A DNA stretch of 64,000 nucleotides from Octopus vulgaris. Its lineage: Eukaryota. Shown here one piece after another: positions 26,185 to 39,054 of the stretch. Made by a program: the position numbers and the translations under genes. The stretch covers positions 102,920,001-102,984,000 of the forward strand of contig OX597820.1 of the NCBI GenBank assembly GCA_951406725.2. Direction: 5' to 3'. Positions within the stretch are counted from its first letter, which is position 1; every line of letters begins with the position of its first letter. The notes beneath the pieces were generated by a model, which had not been told where the DNA came from, did no database searches, and saw nothing but the letters and a program-made list of their open reading frames with translations.

Positions 26185-26339
26185 TAATTCCTTTGTATCT
26201 ATCTATTTATCTATCTTTCTGTTTATCCATCTGTCTGCCTGTATGTATGTCTGTCTATTTATCTATCTATCTATCCTTTCCCCATTCTTTACTATTTTTT
26301 CTCCTCTTTCGTGATTGTCCTGAAACCTATCTCTCTGTC

Positions 26340-26555
26340 TATACGCCCCTCTTTACTTTTATTTTATTTTTTAAAAAAAAAGACGCAAACAATATTCTTC
26401 ACAGCTAAACAAAGCAAAAAAGCAACCGATTCATATAAATGAGCAATGAGACGTTCTGCTTTTACCATTTTGACTTTGATTTTGTCTTGACGAGCCCGAT
26501 AAACGAACGAAAGCGCTATAAAGAATTATCCCAAATTCTGCCTGTTCTTTTTCTC
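26340..26555 (+). mobile_element. Direct-orientation pLTR, probably the 3' repeat of the 21850-24665 Penelope
   Basis: Homologous to 21640-21845(-). Contains the HHR-like core TTGACGA...GAAAgcgcTA at 26487-26518. Confidence 0.6.
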
Positions 26556-26556
26556 A

Positions 26557-26589
<33 letters not shown>

Positions 26590-26974
26590 CGCGTGGTGTG
26601 TGTGTGTGTGTGTGTGAGTTTGTGTGTATCAGTCGATTGACGTATACATACATATCCGACAAACACTCTGTTGCTCTAAGTATTAAGTCAATTCTCATAC
26701 TTCTCTGAAATATCTAAAATGGAAATGATAAGTTAAATGTTGTAGGAGAGAAAATTATTTGCTTGTCAGGTAATATTCTTCAATATGTTCGTTCGACTTG
26801 TCGAAAGATGCATCCAGGATTTTAGTATCCAATATCGTCCTAATGTGTTAATGCAATGCTGTGTTGAACCATTTGGTGCATTTATTGTCTTTTATGCAAA
26901 GTCAATTCTTGTTGATGCCACCTCAGAGAGCATACACCTTCTGTGCTTAAACAATTCTTTCTACTATAAGCAAA

Positions 26975-27168
26975 AAGCCTGAAATTTTAGGGGAGGGAGT
27001 TAGTCGATTACATCGGCCCCAATACTGAACTGGAACTTAAGTTATCGACCCCAAAAGGATAAAAGGCAGAGTCAACTTCGGCGGAATTTGAACTCAGAAC
27101 GTAGTGGCAGACAAAATACTGCTCAGAATTACGCCCGTCGTGCTAACGATTCTGCCAACTCGCCACTT
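26975..27168 (-). mobile_element. SINE family B copy
   Basis: ttatcgacccc.aaaggat.aaaggca.agtcaac.tcggcggaatttgaactcagaacg...gctaacgattctgcca.ctcgcc. Confidence 0.75.
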
Positions 27169-27593
27169 TAATTTGGGTTTTTAAAATACCGAAGTTCTCT
27201 TACTTCTTATGTAGTTTGGAAGATTTGCAAGTATAATGGAATCATTTTCATTGAGGTGAATCTTTTTTGTTACTCAGATCAAAATGTAGACATGTATTAA
27301 CCCTCTTTTTTTGTTGTTATTTTCAGCTTAGGTTTAGTAACAGAAATATAATTTAGAGGAATCTACATAGCATACGTAAGCTTTATAATTTAAGGAAAAC
27401 TGTAGCATAAAAGTCTATTGTTGGTCCGATTTGACTTCCTGCTTATGTTAAACAAAAGTAGTTGTTATGATGCACCTATCATTAAAATAAACAGTATTTC
27501 GACAATAATCATATGTTCCGCTAAACTTATAACCTTGCTACACAACAGAAATAGATTACGAAAAAGAGAGCATGCAAGGGAAACAGAAATAGA

Positions 27594-27633
<40 letters not shown>

Positions 27634-28544
27634 AGGAAACGAAAGACTCGAAAGGTGTACCAGACGGAATGGTGTTGTTAATCATAGAGTTCCAACAGCG
27701 TGGGAAGCGAAATGTTGTGATAACTACATACAAAAGGAAAAGAAGATAGAAATAGTTAGAAACACACATAGACATACACATGCAAAAAAAAACACGGACT
27801 TTCGCAAATATATAATAGATTGTAGCATGAAAGATTATATTTGCTCGTGATAGCACTTTGTACCAGCATCCACAAAACTTTAACTTCCTGATTAAATTAA
27901 TTAAAATTAGTTGATGTGAGAGCTTAGAAATAGAACACGACAGAAAGAGAAAAATATATCATCAGAGAGAGTGCGAAAGATAAAGAGAAATAAATAATGA
28001 CAGAGAGAGAGAGAGAAAGAGAGAGAGAGAAAGAGAGAGAGAGAAAGAGAGGGAGAGAAAGAGAGAGAGAGAGAAAGAGAGAGAGAGAAAGAGAGAGGGG
28101 GGGGCTAGATGTGAAGGTATAGGGAAACTAGAGATGGTTTCTATGAGGAAAATAGATTCAGCACTATCGTGGAAGCAGAGAACGAATAAGCAATAAGCTA
28201 CATACAAATGAAAGAAGTTAAAGAGAAAATAGACATATGCACACAAACTTTGTCAAATACATAGTAGATATGCATGGGCATAGGCATAGCTGTGTGGTTA
28301 GGAAGTTCGCTTTACAACCGCGAAGTTTTTGGTTCAGTCCCACTGCTCAACACTTAGGATGTGTCTACTTCGATGTCTTCAGGAGAAAAATTTTTTGTGA
28401 GTGTATTTGACTGAAAGCAACTGTTCTTTTCTTCTTTGTGATAGAAAGAAGAACGCTGGCGGGTGTATCATTTTTTAAGTCAATTATCTGACAAAATATA
28501 TGTGACTTTGGTATTGTGGACAGCTGAGCTAACTATACAGCCCG

Positions 28545-28594
<50 letters not shown>

Positions 28595-28761
28595 CCACTA
28601 CACATTCTTTACTTTCTCTCCTTGTTTCTTTCTGTGTTCCTTTCTGTGGAAGAGCGTAGGCCCGAGACGTTAAAGACTTTTTCACTTCACGCGCGTTAAA
28701 CTAATAGATCTGTTTGTTGTCTACACCACCTGTCTTCGTCTTTTGATTTTTTGTGAATTCT

Positions 28762-28826
<65 letters not shown>

Positions 28827-29576
28827 TGCATGTATGTATGTATGTATGTATGTATGTATGTATGTATGTATGTATGTATATGCATGTGTGTATGTATTTG
28901 TATGTGGGTATGCTTGTATGTATATGTGTTTGTATGTCATTGTTGGTGCTGGTAACAAGTGATCCAGTACAACTTGTCGCATGAGGAACAGTCGGCGATA
29001 AAACCGACAACCTTACGAAGAATGTTTGGTAAAAGGGTAGTTGAACGCCCTGTGGGATGAAAACCAAAACTTTCAAAGGGCAGTTGGACTAAGTAGGAGT
29101 CAACAGCAGAGAAAGAGAGGCCCACTAAGCTTTATTTAGACATTTTCCAACAAGAAAATTACTAACGAAATACTTGTGACCTCGATTGTATCAAATGATA
29201 TAGGTTAGTCCTTTTCAGGCAACTACATTCGTTGTTCAGAGAGTGGGTTGACCGTAGCAAGGCCCTTCTTCACGTTTAAGAATTTCAGGTACCAGTATCA
29301 CTTGACTTTTGATATCTTTGTTATGTGTTACATATTATGGCTAGCCCTATTCGAAAAAAACAAAACACTCGATAAAAACTTTCTTGATGGAACGAAAGAA
29401 TTTGACAGTGTGACTGATAAGCTCTTAGAATACCTTTTGTAAAATGTGCTCATAGTTACCAGATATGTGTGAAATAATGCAGGTCCCAAGCAGGTCTGAA
29501 AAGCCACATCCGTGTTTACTATGTTTAAAAGAACCATCATGAGATTACATTGCTCGAAATCGAGTTGTGGCCATCG

Positions 29577-30010
29577 TATGAGGTGGCATCAAAAAGTTCA
29601 TATGAAAAAGTTCCAGAAGTAGTTATGTTTAATAAAAAAAACTTATTTACCTAAGTTTTAACAACATTCCCTTCGAAATAGTCAACTTGCGCAGCAGTAC
29701 ACCGGTTCCAACATTCCTGCCACTTTTGAAATGCGGTCTGAAAGTCGTTTTCCGTAAGCGATTAGATGACCTTCTGCGATTCGCTCTGGATCTCGACAAC
29801 GGTGTTAAAACGGTGACTTTTGAGGGATGGAAGTGCGCACGTCTTAAATCTGGTGAGTAGAGTGGGTGCGGGAGCAATACCACGTTGTTTTTGGTGATAA
29901 ACTCATGAGTGAGGAGAGTATGGTGACAGGATGCATTGCCGTCGTGAAGGTCCTATTCTTCACTCTCCAAAGATCCGGTAGCTGAGAATTAACAAAACAC
30001 TTCACTTCAA
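29577..30010 (-). mobile_element. Mariner remnant (3' end with TIR)
   Basis: ORF 29647..29883 begins LLPHPLYSPDL. TIR-like tatgaggtggcatcaaaaagttc at 29577. Confidence 0.75.
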
Positions 30011-30439
30011 GTCATACTTCAGAAAACACACCAATGAACGAGGAAATGTATCTAAATTTGGTCAGTCTGCCCCTTAACATCTGACTGCTTTCCAGTTTAA
30101 TCAATGAATTATTCTCTCTTCGAGTCAATGAGGAATAGATTTTCTATCGAATATTTCCTGGGCAGAATCAAAGCAAGTGATGAAAAAAATGAGTTCTTTA
30201 CAATCTTATCCAACAAGAACGATACTGGTTAGCATCCAAAGATAGAAGAATCGATCCCCGAAACAGAGCCACACACGAAGTTAAACTCTGAGTTTGGTGG
30301 AATATGAAGGTTGTCATCTTTCAAGTGTTAAACAAAATCACATACGTATATAAACACACATGCATAAACAAACATACGAACATACACACAATCGCACACA
30401 CGCATGTTTATACTTTTCTTCTTTTTTTTTTCTTTTTCT

Positions 30440-30665
30440 TGTTTCAGTTATTAGACTGCAGTCATGCTAGGGCACCACCCTGCAAACTTTTAGTCGAATG
30501 AATTGACACCAGTACTTTTTAAAGCCTGGTACTTACTCTATCGGTTCCTTTTGGTGAACTGCTAAATTATGGGGACGTAAACACATTAACACCGGTTGTC
30601 AAGCATTGCTGGGGGACAAACATACTCATAGACACACACATACATTATATATATACGTACACACA

Positions 30666-30718
<53 letters not shown>

Positions 30719-30875
30719 GACGGGCTTCTTTCGGTTTCTATCTACCAAATTCACTGACAAGGCTTTGTACGATTCAAGGCTATAGTATTAGACATCTGAC
30801 CAAAGGTGCCACGTAGTGGGACTAAACCCAAAACCATGTGGTTGGGAAGCAAGTCTCTTACCGCACAACTATTCC
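30440..30875 (-). mobile_element. SINE family A
   Basis: Homologous to 18405-18827, with internal (CT)(CA)(TA) repeats. Confidence 0.8.
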
Positions 30876-31199
30876 TGTCTCGAACCGTCAAGTGCAACTG
30901 CCCAAAACGGTCATGACTTCTGGGTACTTGACTGAGGAAAAAAAGGCCACGAATGACCTGTCTATTTTTGCTTATCCCTCTAATTGTTGTTTCTCTTCTC
31001 CGCCTTTGTATCGTCTATCTGTCCGAATATTTTATTGTCCTCTATTGCGTTTTTGTTCAATTTATATATATATATACATATTATGGCTGCCCCCTCGTTA
31101 TCGAGTATGGCCATTGCACGAAGCTTAACTGTTACTTATGCTGTGATCGAATGTGACTTTTTAGCCCAGCTAAAGATCTACAATGTCTTGTACAAAATT

Positions 31200-31620
31200 G
31201 GCAACTAAAACCTTTACTGGTAATAGCCGGCTGTAGTTGTAACTGGGCTTCACTTCATGTACCTTTGCATGTCGTTTAAGTCTACCTGCCGAATTACACT
31301 CTCTTCCACATGCCCGACAGATATGATTAGTATGGTGTGTTACACCACCACCAGTGGCCAGGTTGTCACTCATCTGTCTCGTTTTATGACCACGAAGATG
31401 ACTCTTGAGTTCAGCTTCACTGAGGCAGGGTCTTACACAGACATTGCATGTCAGCATCAAAGGAAGACCCTTCCATTCTGGAAGTGTAACAGCTATGCCC
31501 TTCCTGACATCCCTCCTTACTTTCATATGTGCAACTCAAGATTTCTCAAAAGTGGCTGTCCCCTCATGCACAATCCTTCTCCACCTGCTACAATCAATAG
31601 CTATGTCTTCCCATGTGTCA
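31200..31620 (-). mobile_element. RTE-clade LINE 3' end with C2H2 zinc fingers
   Basis: WEDIAIDCSRWRRIVHEG...FE (ORF 31536) followed by CNVCVRPCLSEAELKSHLRGH and CRACGRECNSAGRLKRHAKVH (ORF 31170). Confidence 0.8.
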
Positions 31621-32289
31621 TATATATATATATATAGCGGCGTACGTACACACTTGTGCTCATCTAAAAGTAGGTATGTATCTAAATTTTGTACGACTCT
31701 TACTCTATTTTTTATTCCCCCTTTTACTTTCTTCCGATTTTCTTTTTCTCGCTCCCCCACTCTCTCACATTTATTGGCCCTCTCTTCCTTTAACTCCCAC
31801 TCGTTTATCTCTCCTGTACCTTTCTCTTTGTCTCTGCCCCCTACCCATCTCTCCTTCTTCCACGTGACCGGTGTCCGGCCAGTCGTGATCTTTCTTTCTT
31901 GACCTGACTACCGAGTGCCAACACCTTTTATACCCATCTCCTATTTTCCTGCCATTAGGCTTTTACGCGCCACCTCACTTGGATTCGTTCTCAGTCGAAA
32001 GAGACTTGTTGTTATTTTCTTGTTGTTTGTATTCGTAATTGTGTACCATGTTTTCCGTTTTTTGTCTTTGTCGCCGTACGTATTCGCTACCTTTCTTTCA
32101 AAGGGTTCTAATGCTCTTAGATTAGACTTTTTGGGGGACAGCCACATCGAACCGTCTCAAGTGTAACTGCTCGAAACAGTTGTGACTTCTGGTACTTGAC
32201 TGAGGAAAGAAGGCCACAAATGACCCGTCTTTTTTTTTCTTTTATATATATATGTGTGTGTGTGTGTATGTATATGTATATATATGTGT

Positions 32290-32351
<62 letters not shown>

Positions 32352-32529
32352 ACTAAAATAACTCGCGGATGGATGATATCAAGTTTAAATAGTAGATCAC
32401 AACATGAGATAGTCAGATAACAACATAAGAACTCACAAGTGAACTTTTTACCCGAATTATACTATACACACACACATAATGATATAGATATGTAGATATA
32501 TTTCTATAGATAGACAAGCAGACAGGCAT

Positions 32530-32624
<95 letters not shown>

Positions 32625-34351
32625 TAAATAAATACACGACAGGCTTCCACACAGTTTCATGTACCAAATGTACTCACAAAGTTCTGAACTCTAGCAGAAG
32701 ACGTATGCTTATATGCATGCATAACAAACGTTAACCATACAGCTGTATCAATATAACAATTACTAACAACGTTCAAGATGGTTTATCTGGAGACGATATT
32801 CTGAAGATAGTAATTACATTATATTAATTTCACTTAGTTGAACAAAATAGCAGCTGTGCTTACTATTTCAATTAGGTATCTAGGCTTCATATGAAGTGCT
32901 TAATTCTTGAATATTTGTTGGAATGCTTGAAAGAAAAACCGGCTTGTCATCGTCGAACATTTTTAAGCTACCGTGTTTTCAAATTTGTCATTGTTGAAAA
33001 TCCAACAGAAGTTTAAGTAGTAGAAACACTGGAGAGGTATTTTAAGGCTATTATAACACTAATAAACGATTTCATTTTTTCACTTCGGTTAATTTCCGCC
33101 TTGAGTCCATAATGGATTTCTAATCCAATCATAGGCTTTGATTTCGATATTTGGGAAATCGTTCCCTTTCTTTTTTTTTTTTTTTTTTTCAATATTGGAT
33201 TCTGAAAGAATGATTTTCACAATTAACTTTGTCAGTATCTTATCTCCACTAAAAACAATTATCAGCTCAATTCAGGGTCTATATTTGAATGAACGAATTA
33301 TAACCCAGAAACAGGAAATGATGGGTGACTTTGTAATTTAAAACGATTTTGTCAGCTTCTTAATAACACACTGGTCATTCGAATACTTTTTCCCCTCATA
33401 CAACGATGAATTAGAATTTGGTATCCAAAACAGCAAAGATATGTGCTACCGAAGCCGACACAGCCACCACCACCACCACCACTACCAAACTATACTTGCT
33501 GATGAAGATGCCACTTCTGCGTTTCTGCTCCACAATTTCCCTGCCCACAGTAGAAATCAACCTCGTTCACATTGAACTTGCCATCCCTGCCATGAATTTG
33601 ACGTCACCCACTTAATCGATACCGACTTTCCAGACAATACTGCTCGTTTAAGTAATAAATCTACTCTCATCCTTTGAACTTGCTGCAATGGACTTTCTTA
33701 TATCAAGTTAAAAAATACATTGAAATTTATTTATGAATATTTATAATCCAAAATCATTAAATTCCCAAACAAATTGCTTGCAGAAACTCGATGAAATATA
33801 AGTCTGTGTGACTTTTGACAAAACAACATGTTTGAAAGAAAACAACCAAAAACTATAAAATATTAAGTCTAAGGAAATAATATTTGTCTCGTAAAGAAAA
33901 TTGTTGAAAATTCTGATAGAAAATATTCTGTGAGTAAACTGTATTGTATATAACTGAGATATTGAAATTTGTTATTAAAGTTTACTGCTGTCTTTCCACG
34001 CTGATCTTTGCTGTTTTGTTTATTATCTCTCATTAATGCAAATTATGTAGACCAAAAATGTGTTCTACTCTTTTTTGTATGTATAAGTGTCCCCCTCTGT
34101 CGAACATAAGGTAAGAGAATTGCTTTGCTGGTGACCCCTACAGTAATAGACACACAGGTCCACAATCGTCTTCTTCTCTTCAGACAATCAGACAGCCTTT
34201 TCCTTAATAGAATATAAGTTTTGAGAATCCTTGATTTTTGAGAGAAATTACTTTTCTCGTTTGGACTTGATACCAATTACCACAGAGTGGTTGTTCTATA
34301 CCCTCTTGAAGTGGAGATAATTTTTTAAAAATCAAGAATTTATTTTGTATG

Positions 34352-34534
<183 letters not shown>

Positions 34535-34770
34535 GCCAATGTGGACATGGGCAAACAGCACCGGGTCTTCCAGGTCGTATTTAGATAGGATATTCTTTAG
34601 GCCAATAGATAGAAGTAGCATAGGTTGTCCACAGTTCAAAGTCGTCGGCTACACAGACCACAAATTTGTGATCTGCACGGTCGACCTATATAGGATCTAT
34701 ATGCAGGGCCCCGGGTACTGGAATAATAATCCCTGTGTGTCAACCGTCCAGAAATTGGATTAGCAAGATA
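34535..34770 (+). pseudogene. Tx1/L1-type LINE AP-endonuclease C-terminal fragment
   Basis: ORF 34539..34763 reads WTW...SRSYLDRIF...YTDH....GPGYWNNN, matching the FTW/SRxDR/SDH/GxxxWKLN pattern. Confidence 0.7.
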
Positions 34771-34837
34771 GTAAGTTGTTGCAATCGTTTTGACAATCGT
34801 TGGTGGATAAACGATTATTATTGCTGTTGTTGTTATT

Positions 34838-35045
34838 GAAGGCAGTGAGCTGGCAGAATCGTTAGCTCGCCGGGAGAAATGCTTAACTGCTTTGCGTCTG
34901 TCTGCATTTTCTGAGTTCAGATTCCGCCGAGGTCAACTTTGCCTTTCATCCTTTCGGGGTCAATAAATTAAGTACTCGTTGAGTACTGGGGTCGATGTAA
35001 TCGACCACTACGCTCCCACAAAATTCCAGATTTTTTGCCTTTAGT
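34838..35045 (+). mobile_element. SINE family B copy
   Basis: aaggcagtgagctggcagaatcgttagc...gcctttcatcctttcggggtcaataaattaagtac. Confidence 0.8.
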
Positions 35046-35076
35046 AAAAAATTATTACTATTATCATTATTATTAT

Positions 35077-35115
<39 letters not shown>

Positions 35116-35686
35116 GAAAGCAATCAATACCATCAACAAGACACTGGGGCACAAATATACGAAACCCAATATACCCATCATCATCATCATCATCATTATC
35201 ATCATCATCATCATTACTATTGCTGCTGTTGTTATATACATATTTGTATGTGTGCGCCAGCGCACGGATGCGCATGATCGTGTGCGCGTGCGCGTGTGTG
35301 TTACAATTGATGAACGAAAGAGAAACTAATTGAAGCCAAGGTAGAGCATAATGATTTATCAAATAAATTATATGTATATATCCGGAAAAATTTTCCAGTA
35401 GTTCACTTCTTTGAAATATCAATAATTATATCAAATATAAAAGTATGAAATATGCACAGATGTCTAGTATTAATAAACATTATAACGCAGCCTATAAATC
35501 TTTACAATTATTATATTTGTGATGTTATTATCAGAAACAAAATATATAGCAATAATAGCAGTACACAAAATTTGAAGCAAAAATATAACCGTTTTAGATC
35601 GAAGTAATCTAATTTAGCCGTGTCATTTAGAATCTTCATACAGCCTCACAACTATTCAATTAACTAATGTATATCAAATGATGATG

Positions 35687-35783
<97 letters not shown>

Positions 35784-38700
35784 ACTATTGAAGGCTTTGT
35801 TAAAATAACAATGAAATCTTGGAAATATATGTGAATTTCTAACGTTTTGTTTCCTCTCAATCATTTATTTCAATAATAATCAGAATTATGCAAGCTATAA
35901 GATTCATTATAATCCGGTTAACAACAGGACTTCCGGCATACTAGAATATTTATTCTATGGCCGAATCGAAATGCATTATTCTTATACTTTTAGATTATTA
36001 TTTTGATTTAAAATTAACATATTAAATCAATTTATGTAATATTTCTCTTTATTATAGATTATCAATGGAGAACGTGATTTATACCATTCTAAGCAGGCAA
36101 AATCATTTCACTTAATTATTATTTCCATATCCGTTTTATGGATCCAGTTACATTGATACTGTCATAATGAACCAGTAAAATTACACTAGAGTAATTCTCA
36201 TTATATTGCGTATTTATGTGTATGTTGGATAGTATTGGTGGTTTTTATGTCTACGGCTACACGCTAAGTTCGTGGTCAATACACTTAATACTCAAATGTC
36301 TCAGTTCTCCTTTCTGTCGGTGGTTGTCAACAATAGCAAAAAAGAAAAAGAGTAGAAAACGAAGATGTATTGTAATTTCTGGAGATTTGGCAGGACGAGT
36401 AGAGAATACAGAAAACTACATAAATAAAGATTGCTATAGCTTCATGAATGTGCAGTCTGAGCTGAAATACTCTTATGAATTTCGCTTGTCCAAGATGCGT
36501 TCCTACAAGTGGACATGTTCTAGATATATTACACGATGGTGAAGTATCCGTCACTAGCTGTAATCCATCTAGTTTAAACGACTTACTAGCTTCTATTTGA
36601 CGTCTCCAGTCACACATATAATCTAATGCTATGAAATAAAAATCAAAGTAACTTGGAATTGCGACTTTTCAGCTTTTACTGGAGACAATTCTAGCGTCAT
36701 AAATTCAGCAAAAAGATTGGCAGAAGATAATCAAAATCAAATCGGTGATCCGAATAGTTCGACGCTTAGCGCTGCTCTGCAATGCTTGTCGCCGTTATAC
36801 AACCAGAAACTAATGCTGGAAATACATGGCATACATATTTCTATTGAAAAATATGTGAAAATATCATTTGTTTGCAGTGTTGGGGTTATTGCTATGGTCT
36901 AAGAACAGCTCTGATCAAGCTATGTGGGTGTCAACTCTGACAATTCTGTCCTCATTTCAGGTATCGCACACTCAGGGCGACATTTGCTGTGTCACTTTAA
37001 AACCAGTAAAACGTGATTCGGTTGAAATTTAAGTGATTTGTTTTAGAGTTCAAATGACCAGAGACCACATACAAACTTCCTCAATGTGGTTATATTTCGT
37101 GCAGAAAAGATAGTATAAAACAGTTAAGCTTAATTAGATTATTGGTTTATTCTTCTTACATTATTGATTAGTTAAGATTTTCTTTTATTGCATTTGGGTA
37201 CAATATTTTTACGCATACAAATAACGAATATGCCTCTCTTCCCCTCTCCCTCTTCTCTCTCTATCTGTCTGTCTGTCTGTGTGTTTATCTATCTATCTGT
37301 ATGTGTCTGTGCGAGTTTTGTAGTGGTGGGGGTATTTAAACATGTTTCCTGTTTGATTTTGTTTGTATGCGTGTGTTGTCAAATACTATTTGTATAATTC
37401 AGTTAGTATTTCCTAGTATCTAGTGCGGATTATCTCAATCATTATCTCTCAGTTTTGTATAACTAAATACATAATACTAAAAAGATTGAATTTTCTCTTC
37501 ATAAAGCATATTTTAATTGACTTCGTTTAATAAGAGACAGGACCAATTATTTCAATAAGAAGGCAGTATTTTATATTTAACCGACACTGTACTTTACCTG
37601 TACTTTCTTATCGACTACGAAATGATAGTAAGATCACTTTTCCTATATTTTAACTGGGAGTATGATGGCACAAAATTAAGACATATTGTCTGGCGACCCA
37701 CTGTTTCTGACGTCTCAACATTCTCTTATAGAACACATAACGACGATTTTATGCAGTGGTATATAGCTTCGTACTTTACAGGACACAGTATTATGAATAA
37801 ATAAATGGACGCCATTTTAGACTAGGAGCATAGTTCATTAAATCTACAGAGAGATTTGAACTCCAGTAGGTTAGAACGTAGTGAATAGAGGAACGAAACT
37901 AAATTCCGATAGCTTTTTTTTTATCCCTCGGTAATATTGTCTTCTTAAGATGTTACAAAAATAAACGTAAACATCTTTAATGTTTTATGTTCAGTTGCCA
38001 AACAACAATCTGATTAAACATTGATGAAAATTTATTCTGTAAAAAGTACATATACAAAATGAAAGCAAAGCAAGAATAATAAAATGAAAACTACATCTAC
38101 TCTCCTCTTTCGAGCTTACAGTTACTTAGCAACCATATTTTTACGCCGTCTTTCTCTCTAAGTATAATGAAGTTTTAAGTTTTCCCTCTAAATAAAATAT
38201 TTAATTAGTCATTAAAAGAGATGGATAAAGGGTAATTTCCCAGGATGGATGCCGTTGACAAGTTTTATATATATATATATAAAGACGTCAAGATATTAAT
38301 TTCATTAATATAGTGAAATCTAATGTCAATCAGTTGGTATCATTAAATACTCGGAGACGTTTTGTTTTGGAGCTACATGTTGAAAGTACAACTCAACCCG
38401 TAATATTATGCAGATTTAATTTCAATCCAAATTATCAACTGAATCAGAAACTTAAGACCTCAGATTTTATTAAAATTACAAGGAAGGGCAGATTCACAGG
38501 AGTGAAGGGAGTTACGCCCCTTTATGTTCTGAATACAAATCTCACTGAGGTTTATTTTCTTTAGATAGCTTCCATGCTCCTTCAATTCTCTCGCTTTGTC
38601 TAACATCTATCCATTCATACATACATACATACATCATACATTCATACATACATACATACATACATACATACATACATACATACATACATACATACATACA

Positions 38701-38799
38701 TACATACATACATACATACATACATACATACATACATACAATATACATACATACATACATACATACATACATACATACATACATACATACATACATACA

Positions 38800-39025
38800 T
38801 GGACAACGAAAATCCTGGCTGATGACAGTCAAGGCTGATCTGGAACCCTACCTAGGCCCCCATATCTACGGCGTTCGCCGCTGGAATAAGGAGTGGTTGG
38901 AGATCACGCGATCGTTAGCCTCAAATCGCCAGGCCTGGTCGGCGTTAGTGAGAGATGCAGCATTGAGGATGAATGAAGCCAGCTCAATCCACCCCAGGTG
39001 AATGCTGTAAGAAGAAGAAGAAGAC
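38800..39025 (+). mobile_element. RTE-clade LINE 3' end with (AAG)n tail, within (CATA)n
   Basis: My translation from 38801 is GQRKSWLMTVKADLEPYLGPHIYGVRRWNKEWLEITRSLASNRQAWSALVRDA, a typical RTE C-terminus. Confidence 0.75.
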
Positions 39026-39054
39026 ATATATACATACATACATACATACATACA

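Larger units (their letters stand above)
25681..26199. mobile_element. Fold-back PLE pLTR cassette: 184-bp inverted arms (25782-25965 / 26016-26199), 50-bp spacer, one HHR per arm
   Basis: Arms are reverse complements with 2 mismatches seen, and the mirrored ORFs 25731(+) and 25876(-) share a peptide. The left arm has an extra ~100-bp tail. Inserted within (TCTA)n. Confidence 0.85.

Noticed and set aside
28640-28676. HHR-like cttt-CTGTGGA-agagcgtaggccc-GAGA-cgtTA-aag
   Set aside because: Two core mismatches and weak stems. It may be a decayed PLE motif but cannot be supported from one copy.
31170-31526. C2H2 zinc-finger ORF as a host transcription-factor exon
   Set aside because: It is contiguous with an RTE C-terminal motif (W...A.D.S.WR..V..G...FE), so it is better explained as a LINE 3' end.
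36300-36860. Possible PIF/Harbinger transposase relic (KKKKSRKRR; EIHGIHISI resembling IDGxHIxI)
   Set aside because: Similarity is too weak to call without a profile search.
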